DNA of 64,000 bases from assembly GCA_044892525.1 (NCBI GenBank), contig CM097885.1, forward strand, positions 52,516,001 through 52,580,000, written 5' to 3'. This DNA is from Schmidtea polychroa. Taxonomy: Eukaryota. Below, one piece after another: positions 22,730 to 32,510 of this stretch (positions are counted from its first letter, which is position 1; the number at the start of each line of letters is the position of its first letter). Both the position numbers and the translations under genes were made by a program. Under the pieces are notes generated by a model. The model ran no database searches. It saw nothing but the letters and a program-made list of their open reading frames with translations, and was not told the DNA's origin.

Positions 22730-23455
22730 TCAAACTTGTTTCAAATGTAAATACATTGAAATCTCTTCTCCATTAAAATCAATCAATTCTCCTTCTTGAT
22801 TAAGAATTTTAAAATTAATATCCATTATATATTTTCTACATAAAGGTAAATAATTTGGAGGATTCATTCTTTCAACTATTTTATATCCCATAGGAACTGT
22901 GTTTGAGGGAAAGGAATATAAAACATTTGTTTGTTTACCATTATTATAAGAACCTGTTATACAATCGCAATGAATATTTATTGTGTTTGTATTTATTATT
23001 TTTATAATATGTTCTGATGTTATTATTTTATCTTCTTTTATTGTTATATCCATAGGTTTAAATCCTAAAACTGTGTGAAAGAAACAATTATCTAAAAAAC
23101 TAATTTTTATATTCTTCAAAGTCATTACACATTTTGAAGTTGGTATATCCATTTTAATTTTAATACCTTCATTTGTTTTTTTAGAAAGTATATCATTTAA
23201 ATCTTTTATCTCATATGCCCCAGGTTCTATTGTTATAATTTCTGGTTTATGCCCATCACGAGTTTGAATAGTAAATTTATTATTATCTTTAGTTATATTA
23301 AAAATAGTATTATAAGCACAAAACCATAATAGCCCCAATTCATAATTTAAATTTTGATCTAATTTAATTGAATCTTGAAAGTTTATAGTAAACTCTGATT
23401 CTTTTGAATTTATAGATAAAGTTCTTGAATATTTATCTGACATTATGTTTACCAT
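22730..23455 (-). CDS. Minor capsid protein (penton)
   Basis: YNTIFNIT..NNKF, IEPGAYEI, INIHCDCITGSY.NG, YLPL and NQEGELIDFNGE motifs. Confidence 0.85.
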   Translation of the reverse strand: MVNIMSDKYSRTLSINSKESEFTINFQDSIKLDQNLNYELGLLWFCAYNTIFNITKDNNKFTIQTRDGHKPEIITIEPGAYEIKDLNDILSKKTNEGIKIKMDIPTSKCVMTLKNIKISFLDNCFFHTVLGFKPMDITIKEDKIITSEHIIKIINTNTINIHCDCITGSYNNGKQTNVLYSFPSNTVPMGYKIVERMNPPNYLPLCRKYIMDINFKILNQEGELIDFNGEEISMYLHLKQV

Positions 23456-23541
23456 TTTTTTAAATTATCTTCCGGAGGGTTGTGAAGCTCCATTTCTTTA
23501 GTAGTAAATTCATATAGTAAAAATCCTTATAGTAAAAATCC

Positions 23542-24006
23542 TTATAGTAGAGATTCTAGATCATTATAAATTTCTTGAATTATAGATTCAAAATCCTGCG
23601 TATGCCCCTTTCCCTCTCCCTTATTCAATCTATACAAAACATATAAACTTAATATACCACATATTTTAGTATTCAAAGGTTGAACTTGTAAAGAGTTAAA
23701 AGTATAACCATTTGGGGAATCAATCGGAGAACCCCTCAAGAGATAATCTTCAACTTCTTTAGTAGGTTTAATCCCAAAAGAATCAAAGTAGATAGATTTC
23801 TTATATATACAAACCCAATGAGATCCTTTTTCATTTGAATTTTGATAATTGATTATTATATTCAGGGGACTCTCCAGACTTGATAATTCATCATTCATTA
23901 ATATTTTAATTTTTAAATTTAAATAATTTGCATAATCTTTTAAATCAAAATTTGTTTTTGCATTTATTCCAAATGTTTTTAAAAAATCTAATATTGAAGG
24001 AGTCAT
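23542..24006 (-). CDS. Adenain-like cysteine protease
   Basis: GSHWVC, YFDSFG, Q...CG. Confidence 0.9.
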   Translation of the reverse strand: MTPSILDFLKTFGINAKTNFDLKDYANYLNLKIKILMNDELSSLESPLNIIINYQNSNEKGSHWVCIYKKSIYFDSFGIKPTKEVEDYLLRGSPIDSPNGYTFNSLQVQPLNTKICGILSLYVLYRLNKGEGKGHTQDFESIIQEIYNDLESLL

Positions 24007-24028
24007 TTTGTATTTTAAAACTTCGTAT

Positions 24029-24910
24029 TTATAACTTCGTATACTTATTAAATTTATCTTTTGAAATTATTCCTTGTTTTAACAAATCTTTAGAAATCTT
24101 TAAAATATCAGAATCTAAATTATTATGTCCTGCTTTCCTTGCAGCTAATAGTTTTCTTAATTCAATAAAAAGATTGATGGGATTTGGTTTACCACCTTCA
24201 CTAATTAATCCCTCTCCCTCTGTAACAACATAACCCTTTTCATTTTTATTTAAATAATTCTTTAAATCTTGAATATATTTTGCTTTAGAACTAGCTCTTA
24301 TTAATCTTATTAAATTTAAATATTTTTTAATTTCTTCAACATCATCTGAAGAATATCCACAAAGTAATCTATAAAAATCATCTGTAAATTCAAAGTCTAA
24401 ATATTCTTTATTATAAACATTTTGTGAATGAATACGTGATTTATTTTCTGAATTTGAATATAAAGTAAAGTTTTGTTTATTAATTGTTATTATTTGATAT
24501 CCTTCAGTATTAGTATTAAATGTGGGTCTAATTGAAGGAGGTAAATCATCTCTAATTTTAGGATCAACTTTAAGAGGTTTTGTTTTTAAAAACATTTTTT
24601 CTTCTTCCACATTAGAAATTCTTCTGCGTTTTCTTTGATTTCTTTCAGGATGGTTTTCACTGGATTCTTTTTCTTTATCCTGCCACTCTAGTTCTTTTAT
24701 TTTTTGTTTTTTATCTTCTAACTCTTTAAATTTTGCTTGCTCATTGAAATCTTCCAACTCTTTTATAGCTTTAATTGTTGGCCCCTGTTGTTGTGTTATT
24801 ACCTCATTTAATATTATAGATTCAGCATGTTGAGTTGTATCTTTTTTATTATATTTATCTTGTTCTGATTGTAATTTTTTTAAAAGTGCTAATCTTTCTT
24901 CATATACCAT
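24029..24910 (-). CDS. Conserved-looking Polinton hypothetical protein (293 aa)
   Basis: Coiled-coil N-terminus, EGEG|L cleavage-like site, C-terminal LLAARKAGHNN...LLKQGII. Confidence 0.65.
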   Translation of the reverse strand: MVYEERLALLKKLQSEQDKYNKKDTTQHAESIILNEVITQQQGPTIKAIKELEDFNEQAKFKELEDKKQKIKELEWQDKEKESSENHPERNQRKRRRISNVEEEKMFLKTKPLKVDPKIRDDLPPSIRPTFNTNTEGYQIITINKQNFTLYSNSENKSRIHSQNVYNKEYLDFEFTDDFYRLLCGYSSDDVEEIKKYLNLIRLIRASSKAKYIQDLKNYLNKNEKGYVVTEGEGLISEGGKPNPINLFIELRKLLAARKAGHNNLDSDILKISKDLLKQGIISKDKFNKYTKL

Positions 24911-24932
24911 TTTAATGGTATCAAAAATGGTA

Positions 24933-25190
24933 TCATTTTGGTAAAGGATCCGTTGGAAAGGGCTTCAAGTATAATCCTTTACCATTTTTAGTTTTACAAA
25001 GGCATCCATTCTTTAAAGATTTACATATTTTTTTTAAATCTTCTTTATCTTTTGAAGATAAAGATTCAGATGTAGAAATTTGATTTTTTAAAAAATCATT
25101 TAAACCTCTACCTTTATAAGGATCAAGATAGAGACCTTTGCCCTGAGACTTTTGCCGACTCCCCTCATATGGATTAAGATAGAGACCCTT
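24933..25190 (-). pseudogene. 5'-truncated core protein with GxGLYLxPY repeats
   Basis: GLYLNPY, GKGLYLDPYKGRG and GKGLYLKPF in one frame with no start codon; abuts the ATPase fragment on the other strand. Confidence 0.6.
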
Positions 25191-25878
25191 TCTGGATGTG
25201 GAAAGAATGTACTTGTTTTGAGAATGTTACTTGAAGATGATTTTTTAGATTATAATAATTTAATCTTTTATTCTACAACCAGAATTACAACTTTTGAAAT
25301 GTGGATTTGAAAATAAATTAACTAAAAAAGCAATAATTGATATTTTTAAAAATCAACATAGGTGTCCTGAAGAAGTTTTTCAACCTTGTGATATGGTTGA
25401 TTGGTATAAGGAAAAGATTTTAGAATCAGATATTAGTAATAAAAATGATTATATTTGTGAAGAAGGGCAGGAGGCAATTCAAGTTTTATTCTCTAATAAA
25501 CCTGAAGATGTTTTACATTGTGATTTACTTCCTAAAGATAAAAAGAATCTAGTTATATTTGATGATGTTGTTAATATGAAAAATCAAGAGATTCAAAAGA
25601 GTTACTTTACACGAGGTCGACATAATAATTGTAATGTTATTTATATATCTCAAACATATTATGCTTTAGATAAAAATTCAATAAGAAATAATTCCAATTG
25701 TTTTATATTTTTTAAATTAGATCGCCGTGATAAGAATATGATTTATAATGATTTATTTTCAAATGTTGAACCTGATAAGAATATGTTTGATATGTTTGTT
25801 GATAATCATTGGAAAGAAAAATATAATTATATTTATTTGGATAGAGAAGAAGCTGAAATATGGAAAAGTTTGTTTTAG
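25191..25878 (+). pseudogene. Packaging ATPase, 5'-truncated and frameshifted
   Basis: Begins mid-Walker A (SGCGKN) with a frameshift near 25280. Walker B VIFDD, RGRH and SQTY lie in ORF 25294-25878. Confidence 0.8.
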
Positions 25879-25889
25879 GGCTTGTCGAC

Positions 25890-27299
25890 TTAAAAATCTG
25901 TTTTCTGTAGTTCATTATTATAAAATCTACCTAATATTTTTTCATTATTTAAATCAAAGATGGTATATGTTATTGGAGTTGTATAATTTATTTTATTTAT
26001 AATAAAAATTTCATTTGTCCATTTTGCTGTGAATCCTTTTTCAAATTTATTTTTATATTTAAATATTCTTACTCGGTCACCAATTTTAAACGTTGGTTTT
26101 TCAATAACATCATTTTCAATATTTACCACTTTAATGGTTTCAGGCTTCATGGAAGCATTTAAAGGTGTTAATTTTATAGAACTATGTACATCATTATTAT
26201 ATTCATTTACAATCTTTTGTAACAATTCATTGTTCCATTTTTGTTTTCCAATAGCAGTAAAATATTTCCACATTTTATTTTTTAATGTTCTATTTAATCT
26301 TTCAACTACGACTGATTTTCCTTCGTTTTCTGTTGAATATAATTTAATATCATTTTCATTTAAAAACTTTGTAAAAACTTTGTTATAAAATTCTGTTCCT
26401 TTATCACACCATAAATATTTTGGGATTCTTTGATTTTCTTCAAATATATTTTCAAATGCTTCTGTAATAGAATATCCTGTTTTATTTTCTAAACATCTTG
26501 CTAAAGCAAATCTTGTATATAAATCTATTACAGTTAAAATTATTTTATATTTTTCAGGGTCTGATGATTTGGGCATAAAGACTAAATCTGCAGACCATGT
26601 TTGATCTTTTTCATGTACTTGAACTTTTAAATATTTTTTATTTTTTCTAAATTCATGGTGTAATTCCTTTGCATATTTTATTTCTGATTCTGTTGGGGTT
26701 TGTAAACTAGTCTTGGCTGTACTCTCGAGGGATCTTTCAATCTCTGCTTGTTCGATAATCTTTTTATAAGCAACATCTTTTGCTTTCCTAGGAAGTCTTG
26801 CACCCATGGTGATCGGACTGTGTCCTAAGCCTATGAAAATCTTACCTTTCATTGCTAATTTAACTAGAGCTCTTTGAATCTTTTCTTGGGTTGATGGATT
26901 TTGGATACTATTTAAATCATGTATTAAATTCACATCTGCAACATGTCTATCTCTAAGATTTGTTGAATTGTATGCAATGTCATGTTTTAAAGCTGCTTGA
27001 TCAATTCTATTTATTGGTTCTTCTCCTTGTTTGGGATTATTATTTTCATCTAATCTAATATCTAGACGTGTTCCTGGTCCAGTATAGTTGTGTTTAAATA
27101 AATGTCTTTCACCTGGATATTTTTCTGTAGTAAAAGGTTTTAATATTGAAGATGTTGTTTTTGAAGATTGCAAATCGCCTCCAGCTCGTGGAATTAGATC
27201 ACCTCCTGTATGTTTTTTAGTTTTTAAATGACTTGCTTTATGATGTCTTGTAACTTGACAATTACAACTTTCACATCTCCAATATTTATTTAGAGACAT
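25890..27299 (-). CDS. Zn finger + parvovirus-type phospholipase A2 + rve integrase fusion
   Basis: CESC...H...H; YTGPG...DQAALKHDIAY (PLA2 Ca loop and HD dyad); WSADL, CDKGTEF, VERLNRTLK (DDE). Confidence 0.92.
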   Translation of the reverse strand: MSLNKYWRCESCNCQVTRHHKASHLKTKKHTGGDLIPRAGGDLQSSKTTSSILKPFTTEKYPGERHLFKHNYTGPGTRLDIRLDENNNPKQGEEPINRIDQAALKHDIAYNSTNLRDRHVADVNLIHDLNSIQNPSTQEKIQRALVKLAMKGKIFIGLGHSPITMGARLPRKAKDVAYKKIIEQAEIERSLESTAKTSLQTPTESEIKYAKELHHEFRKNKKYLKVQVHEKDQTWSADLVFMPKSSDPEKYKIILTVIDLYTRFALARCLENKTGYSITEAFENIFEENQRIPKYLWCDKGTEFYNKVFTKFLNENDIKLYSTENEGKSVVVERLNRTLKNKMWKYFTAIGKQKWNNELLQKIVNEYNNDVHSSIKLTPLNASMKPETIKVVNIENDVIEKPTFKIGDRVRIFKYKNKFEKGFTAKWTNEIFIINKINYTTPITYTIFDLNNEKILGRFYNNELQKTDF

Positions 27300-27328
27300 T
27301 TAAAAATGTTAAAATATCAGGGATTATA

Positions 27329-28621
27329 TCAAGAATCTCCCCTAACATTTTCGATTATTGAAATCTTTCCATCATATAATTTCATTTCTATTTTCTTTTC
27401 TTCTAATATTAATGTATATACTTTAGCTTTAAAATTAGAATCCTTTGTTACATGAAGTGTAACATCAACATTATTTATGGCTAGGCGATCATCTTGGTCT
27501 GAAACATTTATACAAAATATAGAATATAAATTTTTGAAATCTTCTAAACTTAATTGCGGTTCAACTTTGAAATCATAACATGTTTCAATATAATTTAGAT
27601 ATGGGAATATGTTTTCATTATTTTCAATATTAAATTCCATTCTATTTATTGGATAATAAGAACTATTTAATTGAATTTGGATTGTTTTTAAATTATCAAC
27701 TCCAATCTTTTGAATAAACAAGTTTTTATTTTTTTGGAAAGATGAATCTACTTCTTTGAATCCAATCAAGATATATCTTGGTCGGTATGCTAAATTTGCT
27801 ACCTTTATAGAATATGTTGAACCCTCTGTCATACTAAATTCACTACAGATTCTATTTAAATAATTTACATTTATAGACTTGTTGGAATTTAATCTTTCAA
27901 GGAGTTTAATCTCAGAATGTGGGTTTAATGTCCATTCAGGTATATGTAATTCAAGTGTTGATAATTTTAATTTAGCTTTTGTATCTACAGCTCCATAGAA
28001 CAATCTTTTATCACCTTCTACTCTATTACAGATGAATTCTATAAAAACATTATGAAGTATACGATTATAGTTTTGAAGGAATCCAAACAAGTGTTTTAAT
28101 TCAAAATAACCTTCAAATTTTTTAGATTTATAAAGTTCAGCTCTTTTATGGTAACCATGGTTTACATCTAAACCATCTTTATCTAAATCCCCTTTATTAA
28201 CATCAGGAATCCAACCTGTTAATTCACCATATTCGTTTTTATAATCACAACCAGTCAAAATAAAATTTAACATTGTAGAATATACTCCCGGATGCAAAAC
28301 AGTTTCAATTTCTGATGATCCTAGTTTTAATCTCATGTTGGAGAATAAATTTGGAAAGAAATTATTTTCTAGGGTTATATCTTTGTTTGCTTCAATTTCT
28401 AATTCGATTTTATAATATAATTTGGCATTACAAATATCTATAGGGTTTGATGTTTGAAGAGATTGAAAAACTATATCACCCCTACGATTTAAGTTTGCAA
28501 TCGATCCTGACGTAGGGGATATTTTAAGTACATCATTTTTCTTGATTTCATGAGTAAATTCTTTATTATAATCAAGATTTAATTTATTTTTTTCTTGAAT
28601 TTTAAGATTTATATTATTCAT
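27329..28621 (-). CDS. Major capsid protein (double jelly-roll)
   Basis: 430 aa with LKHLFGF, RPRYILIGF, QLNSSYYP and IFCINVS motifs; the only MCP-sized ORF in element B. Confidence 0.82.
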   Translation of the reverse strand: MNNINLKIQEKNKLNLDYNKEFTHEIKKNDVLKISPTSGSIANLNRRGDIVFQSLQTSNPIDICNAKLYYKIELEIEANKDITLENNFFPNLFSNMRLKLGSSEIETVLHPGVYSTMLNFILTGCDYKNEYGELTGWIPDVNKGDLDKDGLDVNHGYHKRAELYKSKKFEGYFELKHLFGFLQNYNRILHNVFIEFICNRVEGDKRLFYGAVDTKAKLKLSTLELHIPEWTLNPHSEIKLLERLNSNKSINVNYLNRICSEFSMTEGSTYSIKVANLAYRPRYILIGFKEVDSSFQKNKNLFIQKIGVDNLKTIQIQLNSSYYPINRMEFNIENNENIFPYLNYIETCYDFKVEPQLSLEDFKNLYSIFCINVSDQDDRLAINNVDVTLHVTKDSNFKAKVYTLILEEKKIEMKLYDGKISIIENVRGDS

Positions 28622-28677
28622 TTTTATATATTAAAATTTACACACACACAATAGGATTAATTAAATATAATTTGTAA

Positions 28678-28750
28678 GCCATTATAGCGGAGTGGGAATA
28701 GGCTTCAATTTTATCACCGGGAGTACCGGGTTCAATTTTCGATTTTGGTC
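28678..28750 (+). ncRNA. tRNA-like Pol III unit 1
   Basis: A box TAGCGGAGTGG at position 8, GGTTCAAT B-box core, 73 nt long, T7 run just downstream; stems degenerate. Confidence 0.5.
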
Positions 28751-28919
28751 AATTTTTTTCGATATTTTTTTTCAACGGAATCTGATTCAGCGTACTGATT
28801 TTAGTATATATTTAAATTTTCAGATGGATCTGAGTGGTAGTTGTCGAGAAATGAATAATTAATTATCAATTTCATCAATAAATAGTCACACATTAACAAC
28901 TTATTTTATATTGAGTATA

Positions 28920-28992
28920 GCTCTAATAGCTTAGTGGTAATAGCACTCGACTGCATTGCCAATACCAATGGGTTCAAATCCCATTTCGGTCA
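28920..28992 (+). ncRNA. tRNA-like Pol III unit 2 (tRNA-Cys(GCA)-like)
   Basis: A box TAGCTTAGTGG, paired D arm, CTCGACT-GCA, perfect T arm ATGGG-TTCAAAT-CCCAT, T8 terminator. Anticodon and acceptor stems are imperfect. Confidence 0.65.
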
Positions 28993-29161
28993 TTTTTTTT
29001 CAAATTTTTTTTAACGAAATATTGATCAGCATACTCGATTTAGTACTTGTACAAATTTTTAATGAGATTGGTCAACGGCAACTCTTGGAAATTTAAGATC
29101 AAAAACGTTTTAACTTAAGCTACCAAAAATTAATATATCCAATAAAAAAATATTTATAAAA

Positions 29162-29431
29162 ATGGATGAGTTAAAAGAAAGAATGAGAAATGAATTGAAT
29201 GAAGTTAAACATAAGAGAATGAAAAGAAGAGAAGAAGAACCATTAGAATACATCAAAGAGTTGATGGTAGATAATGAAAAGTATCGACATTTTTATATGA
29301 AGGCTGTAGATGTTGCTGATATAAGATTGAAGAAAATGAAACAATTACAGGAAAGAGTTAAAGAACTTGAATCGATTATTTATAGTCTAAAAAATGACAA
29401 AAATCCAATCCTAGAAAGCGCAGTGGGCTAG
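29162..29431 (+). CDS. Small coiled-coil protein (89 aa) ending inside the right TIR
   Basis: ATG ORF in AAAATG context, charged heptads. Confidence 0.55.
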   Translation: MDELKERMRNELNEVKHKRMKRREEEPLEYIKELMVDNEKYRHFYMKAVDVADIRLKKMKQLQERVKELESIIYSLKNDKNPILESAVG

Positions 29432-30314
29432 ACTGACACAGTGGTTCAAAATGCTAGCGGTTCAAATCACATCTGAGGTTAGTTTTTTTTTCAACATAAA
29501 ATAATATTAAAAATAGTGTGGGTATCTTATATTTATAAAGTACTTGTATATTTTATTTTATTTATTTTATTTTATTTTATTTTTTTATTAATTAATTATT
29601 TTTTAAACATAAATATGAAAAAAAAAATATTGAAACGGGTGATGGTGGCGAACCGGTAATTATCGCCACCTGTCTTTCGAACACCCCCGGATCGATCCCG
29701 GTAATGTGCACATTTATTTCTCAGTTGTTTTCGGACCTCTTTCGGATTCGCTTTCGAATTCATTTGTACTTTCGAGCAGCACGCTTAAAACGCCGTTGAA
29801 ATCGACTTCGTGAGCGAGAAGCGAATAATAAGGTGTGCTGCTATTATCGGATTGATTCTGATGCATGAGTCTGGCCAGCTTGTATATTGGAAGAGATTTG
29901 ATAAACGAAAGAGGTTGAAATAAAAAAAAAATGATCCGGATCAAAAAAAACTGTTGAGGGGACAGTGAAAAAAAAAAAAAAAAAAATACCACTGTCCCCT
30001 CAGAGCAGTTTTACTATTTTTCATTTATTTTTTAATTTATATAATTTAAAATCAATAATCTGATAAAGATCAAATAGCCCTCTAACTTTTTCATAATGCC
30101 ATTTTCTTTTCTATTCTCTTTTTAGTTTGAAGCTTTTGAGTTTGAGGCTTTAAAGATTAAAACAGTTAGAGTCATTAAGGGTGGTTGTTTTCAAAATATA
30201 GGGTTAAAATACTATAAAAGTATAAGTTTTAGGTTGTTTTTCTAATAGCTTAAGTGATTTGGAGGCATGTTTTTGTTGGGGGGCTGTTTTGGTTGGGTAT
30301 ATAACCACACTACT
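29418..30314 (-). repeat. Right TIR of element B
   Basis: Reverse complement of 15669-16585. Confidence 0.95.
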
Positions 30315-30727
30315 AATTTGAAAACTGTTTTATCAAGAAAACTTTCCGCAAAATGTAATAGTGAAAAAACAATAAGCGAATTTAGCATCGGATTAAAGAG
30401 AGATTACTAAGTTTATAGTTCAGAGTGTATAGAATGTGAACAAAAATATGATAGAGAAATTCATTTTCCTAAATATTAATCATGTCACAAAGAGAAAATA
30501 TTACAATATCAGAAAGATTATTCAAAAAAGAATAAAGAAAGAATTATTAGGAGGGCTAAAAAAGATATTCTGAAAATTCAAAAGATAAATTAGCTAATCA
30601 TTTATATGGAGGTATAAGAAGAGCATTAAAACAAAATTTTAATGATGAAGAAGAAATAAAAAAATATTTTAATTTTCATCTTTTTTTTCACATTTTTCTT
30701 ATAATTTTAGAGTAACGAATTTTGATA

Positions 30728-31008
30728 TTAATCGTACCGAGTCACAGACCCTTCTGAAATCTTTTGCAAAACTTGATTTACTTCACAATATATGTTATGA
30801 ATTTTTTTCGATAATTTGAATGAGTTCAAGTCCAAAAGAAAGCCTTGAGAAACATTATCGTTCTCTTGAAATTCACACATAGTCAGAGTGTACAAGCAAC
30901 TTGATTTGTTGAAATTTGAGTTGACTTGCTTCCAGTCTTCTTTAATTTTCCTCATCCGATTCGCACATGAAGTATTTTCAATATCTTTGTTGATGGAGGT
31001 CATCATAG
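30728..31008 (-). pseudogene. 3' fragment paralogous to the RING gene at 13646-14479
   Basis: TMMTSINKDI...SEGSVTRYD* is nearly identical to that protein's C-terminus, with an internal deletion and no N-terminus. Confidence 0.8.
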
Positions 31009-31433
31009 TCCTTTCTTTATCCTTAAAAAACGCAACCACGAGTATTCACATTTTAATTTGTGATTCTTTGGATCAACTGGAGTCTCGTGGAATTCAATGT
31101 TGTCAGTTAAAAGGAGTCAAAATGGTTATATTTTTGTTTTTTATTCATTGCTCGAATGTTTGAAATTGACTGATTTGATTTACTTTATAATAATTAAGCG
31201 AAGAAATTTAAACTTTCTCAGAATTGCGCTCATAAATTATAATGGAGATATTTTGCATCGAATCTTTGCAATAAATCGTAATAAAACCTCCATGGGAAGG
31301 CAGGACTGTAATTGGTTATAATTGCATATATATTTTAAAGCTTACGCAAAAATTTAAATAATAAAAAATATTAAAATAAAATGCATTTATTTATTACTTA
31401 TTATTAAAATTCAAAAATATTCAAATTAAATGT

Positions 31434-32510
31434 TTAATTTTCACCGAAAGCTTCATACGCTATCGATATCAGAGCTTCCTTACTTAAAGACAATTTACTT
31501 TCTGAATTTTTATTCGGTTCGGTTTCAATTATTTGATGATCATTTTCATTATTATTACACTGAGAGTCTCTTTCATTGTTTTTATTCTCATTTATTTGTT
31601 CATTGTTTCTAGCATTGTTCGAAGTATTTTGTTCACTGTTTTTTATTTGTTTCATTTCTTCTCTTTTATCGATTCTAGCTTTCACTTCATTTTTTTCATT
31701 TATATATTTTTTCCCAAGAAACTCATAAAAAACATATAGCATTCTATCAATACTACCATCGATGTCTGATAAATCTAAAAAATTAATATTATCATTTCTT
31801 ATTTCTGTTGAATATTTTTCCATGAATGACGCAACAATATTTTCCTCCAATTCTTTTTGTTTCTTTTCTTTCTTTAAAATTACTTTATTTTTAGTTGGAT
31901 TTGTTGCTTTGTTTTTACGATTTACCTTTTCACTTTTAACTGTAATCAAATTTGACTGGGTTGATACTTCTTTTTTCGGTCTGCCTCTTTTAGAACGAGT
32001 TTTGATAACTTTGTTTTCTGGATTTTTTCTCGGTCTTCCTTTTTTATTACATGGAAAGTCCTCAATTAAATCGCCATAAATATCCGGATTAAATAAAAGA
32101 TCTGAATTATTTACATTTGAATTTAAATGCCGTTAAGGTAAATTATTATTATTGTTAAAGTAGAAGTTTTCATTGTTTGTTGTATTTTGTACCGGAATTT
32201 GTGAAGATTCACTTTTACCAATTTCATTCAAATTATTATTTTCATTGGGATTCGTTTCCATCAAATAATTCTGAAAATCTTTGTTGTTATTTTCACGATT
32301 ATTTATTAGATATTCATTCATTGAATCTTCCTCGGGTGGCTTATTTGTAGCTTTGAATGGTTCTGCAGTGAATTCTTGCAATATATTTTCTTTAGTCAAA
32401 TGTGAATAATTGTGCAATAATTCTGGTGAAACGGGATATGCGTACATTTCGTCGTCAACATAATATATTTTATATAAATCATCACCAATAAATGTAAATT
32501 TATCCTTCAT
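31434..32510 (-). pseudogene. Frameshifted Asn/Lys-rich protein with two AT-hook motifs
   Basis: ORF 32133-32510 continues after a frameshift into KKGRPRK and KRGRPKK, then ORF 31434-31949. Confidence 0.55.

Larger units (their letters stand above)
15669..30314. mobile_element. Polinton/Maverick element B, complete (14,646 bp)
   Basis: AGTAGT...ACTACT termini, ~0.9 kb TIRs, 6-bp TSD AATTTG (15663-15668, 30315-30320), and pPolB, integrase, MCP, penton, protease and ATPase genes. Confidence 0.97.

Noticed and set aside
28920..28992. Functional tRNA-Cys
   Set aside because: The anticodon stem does not pair and the acceptor stem has mismatches; reported as tRNA-like only.
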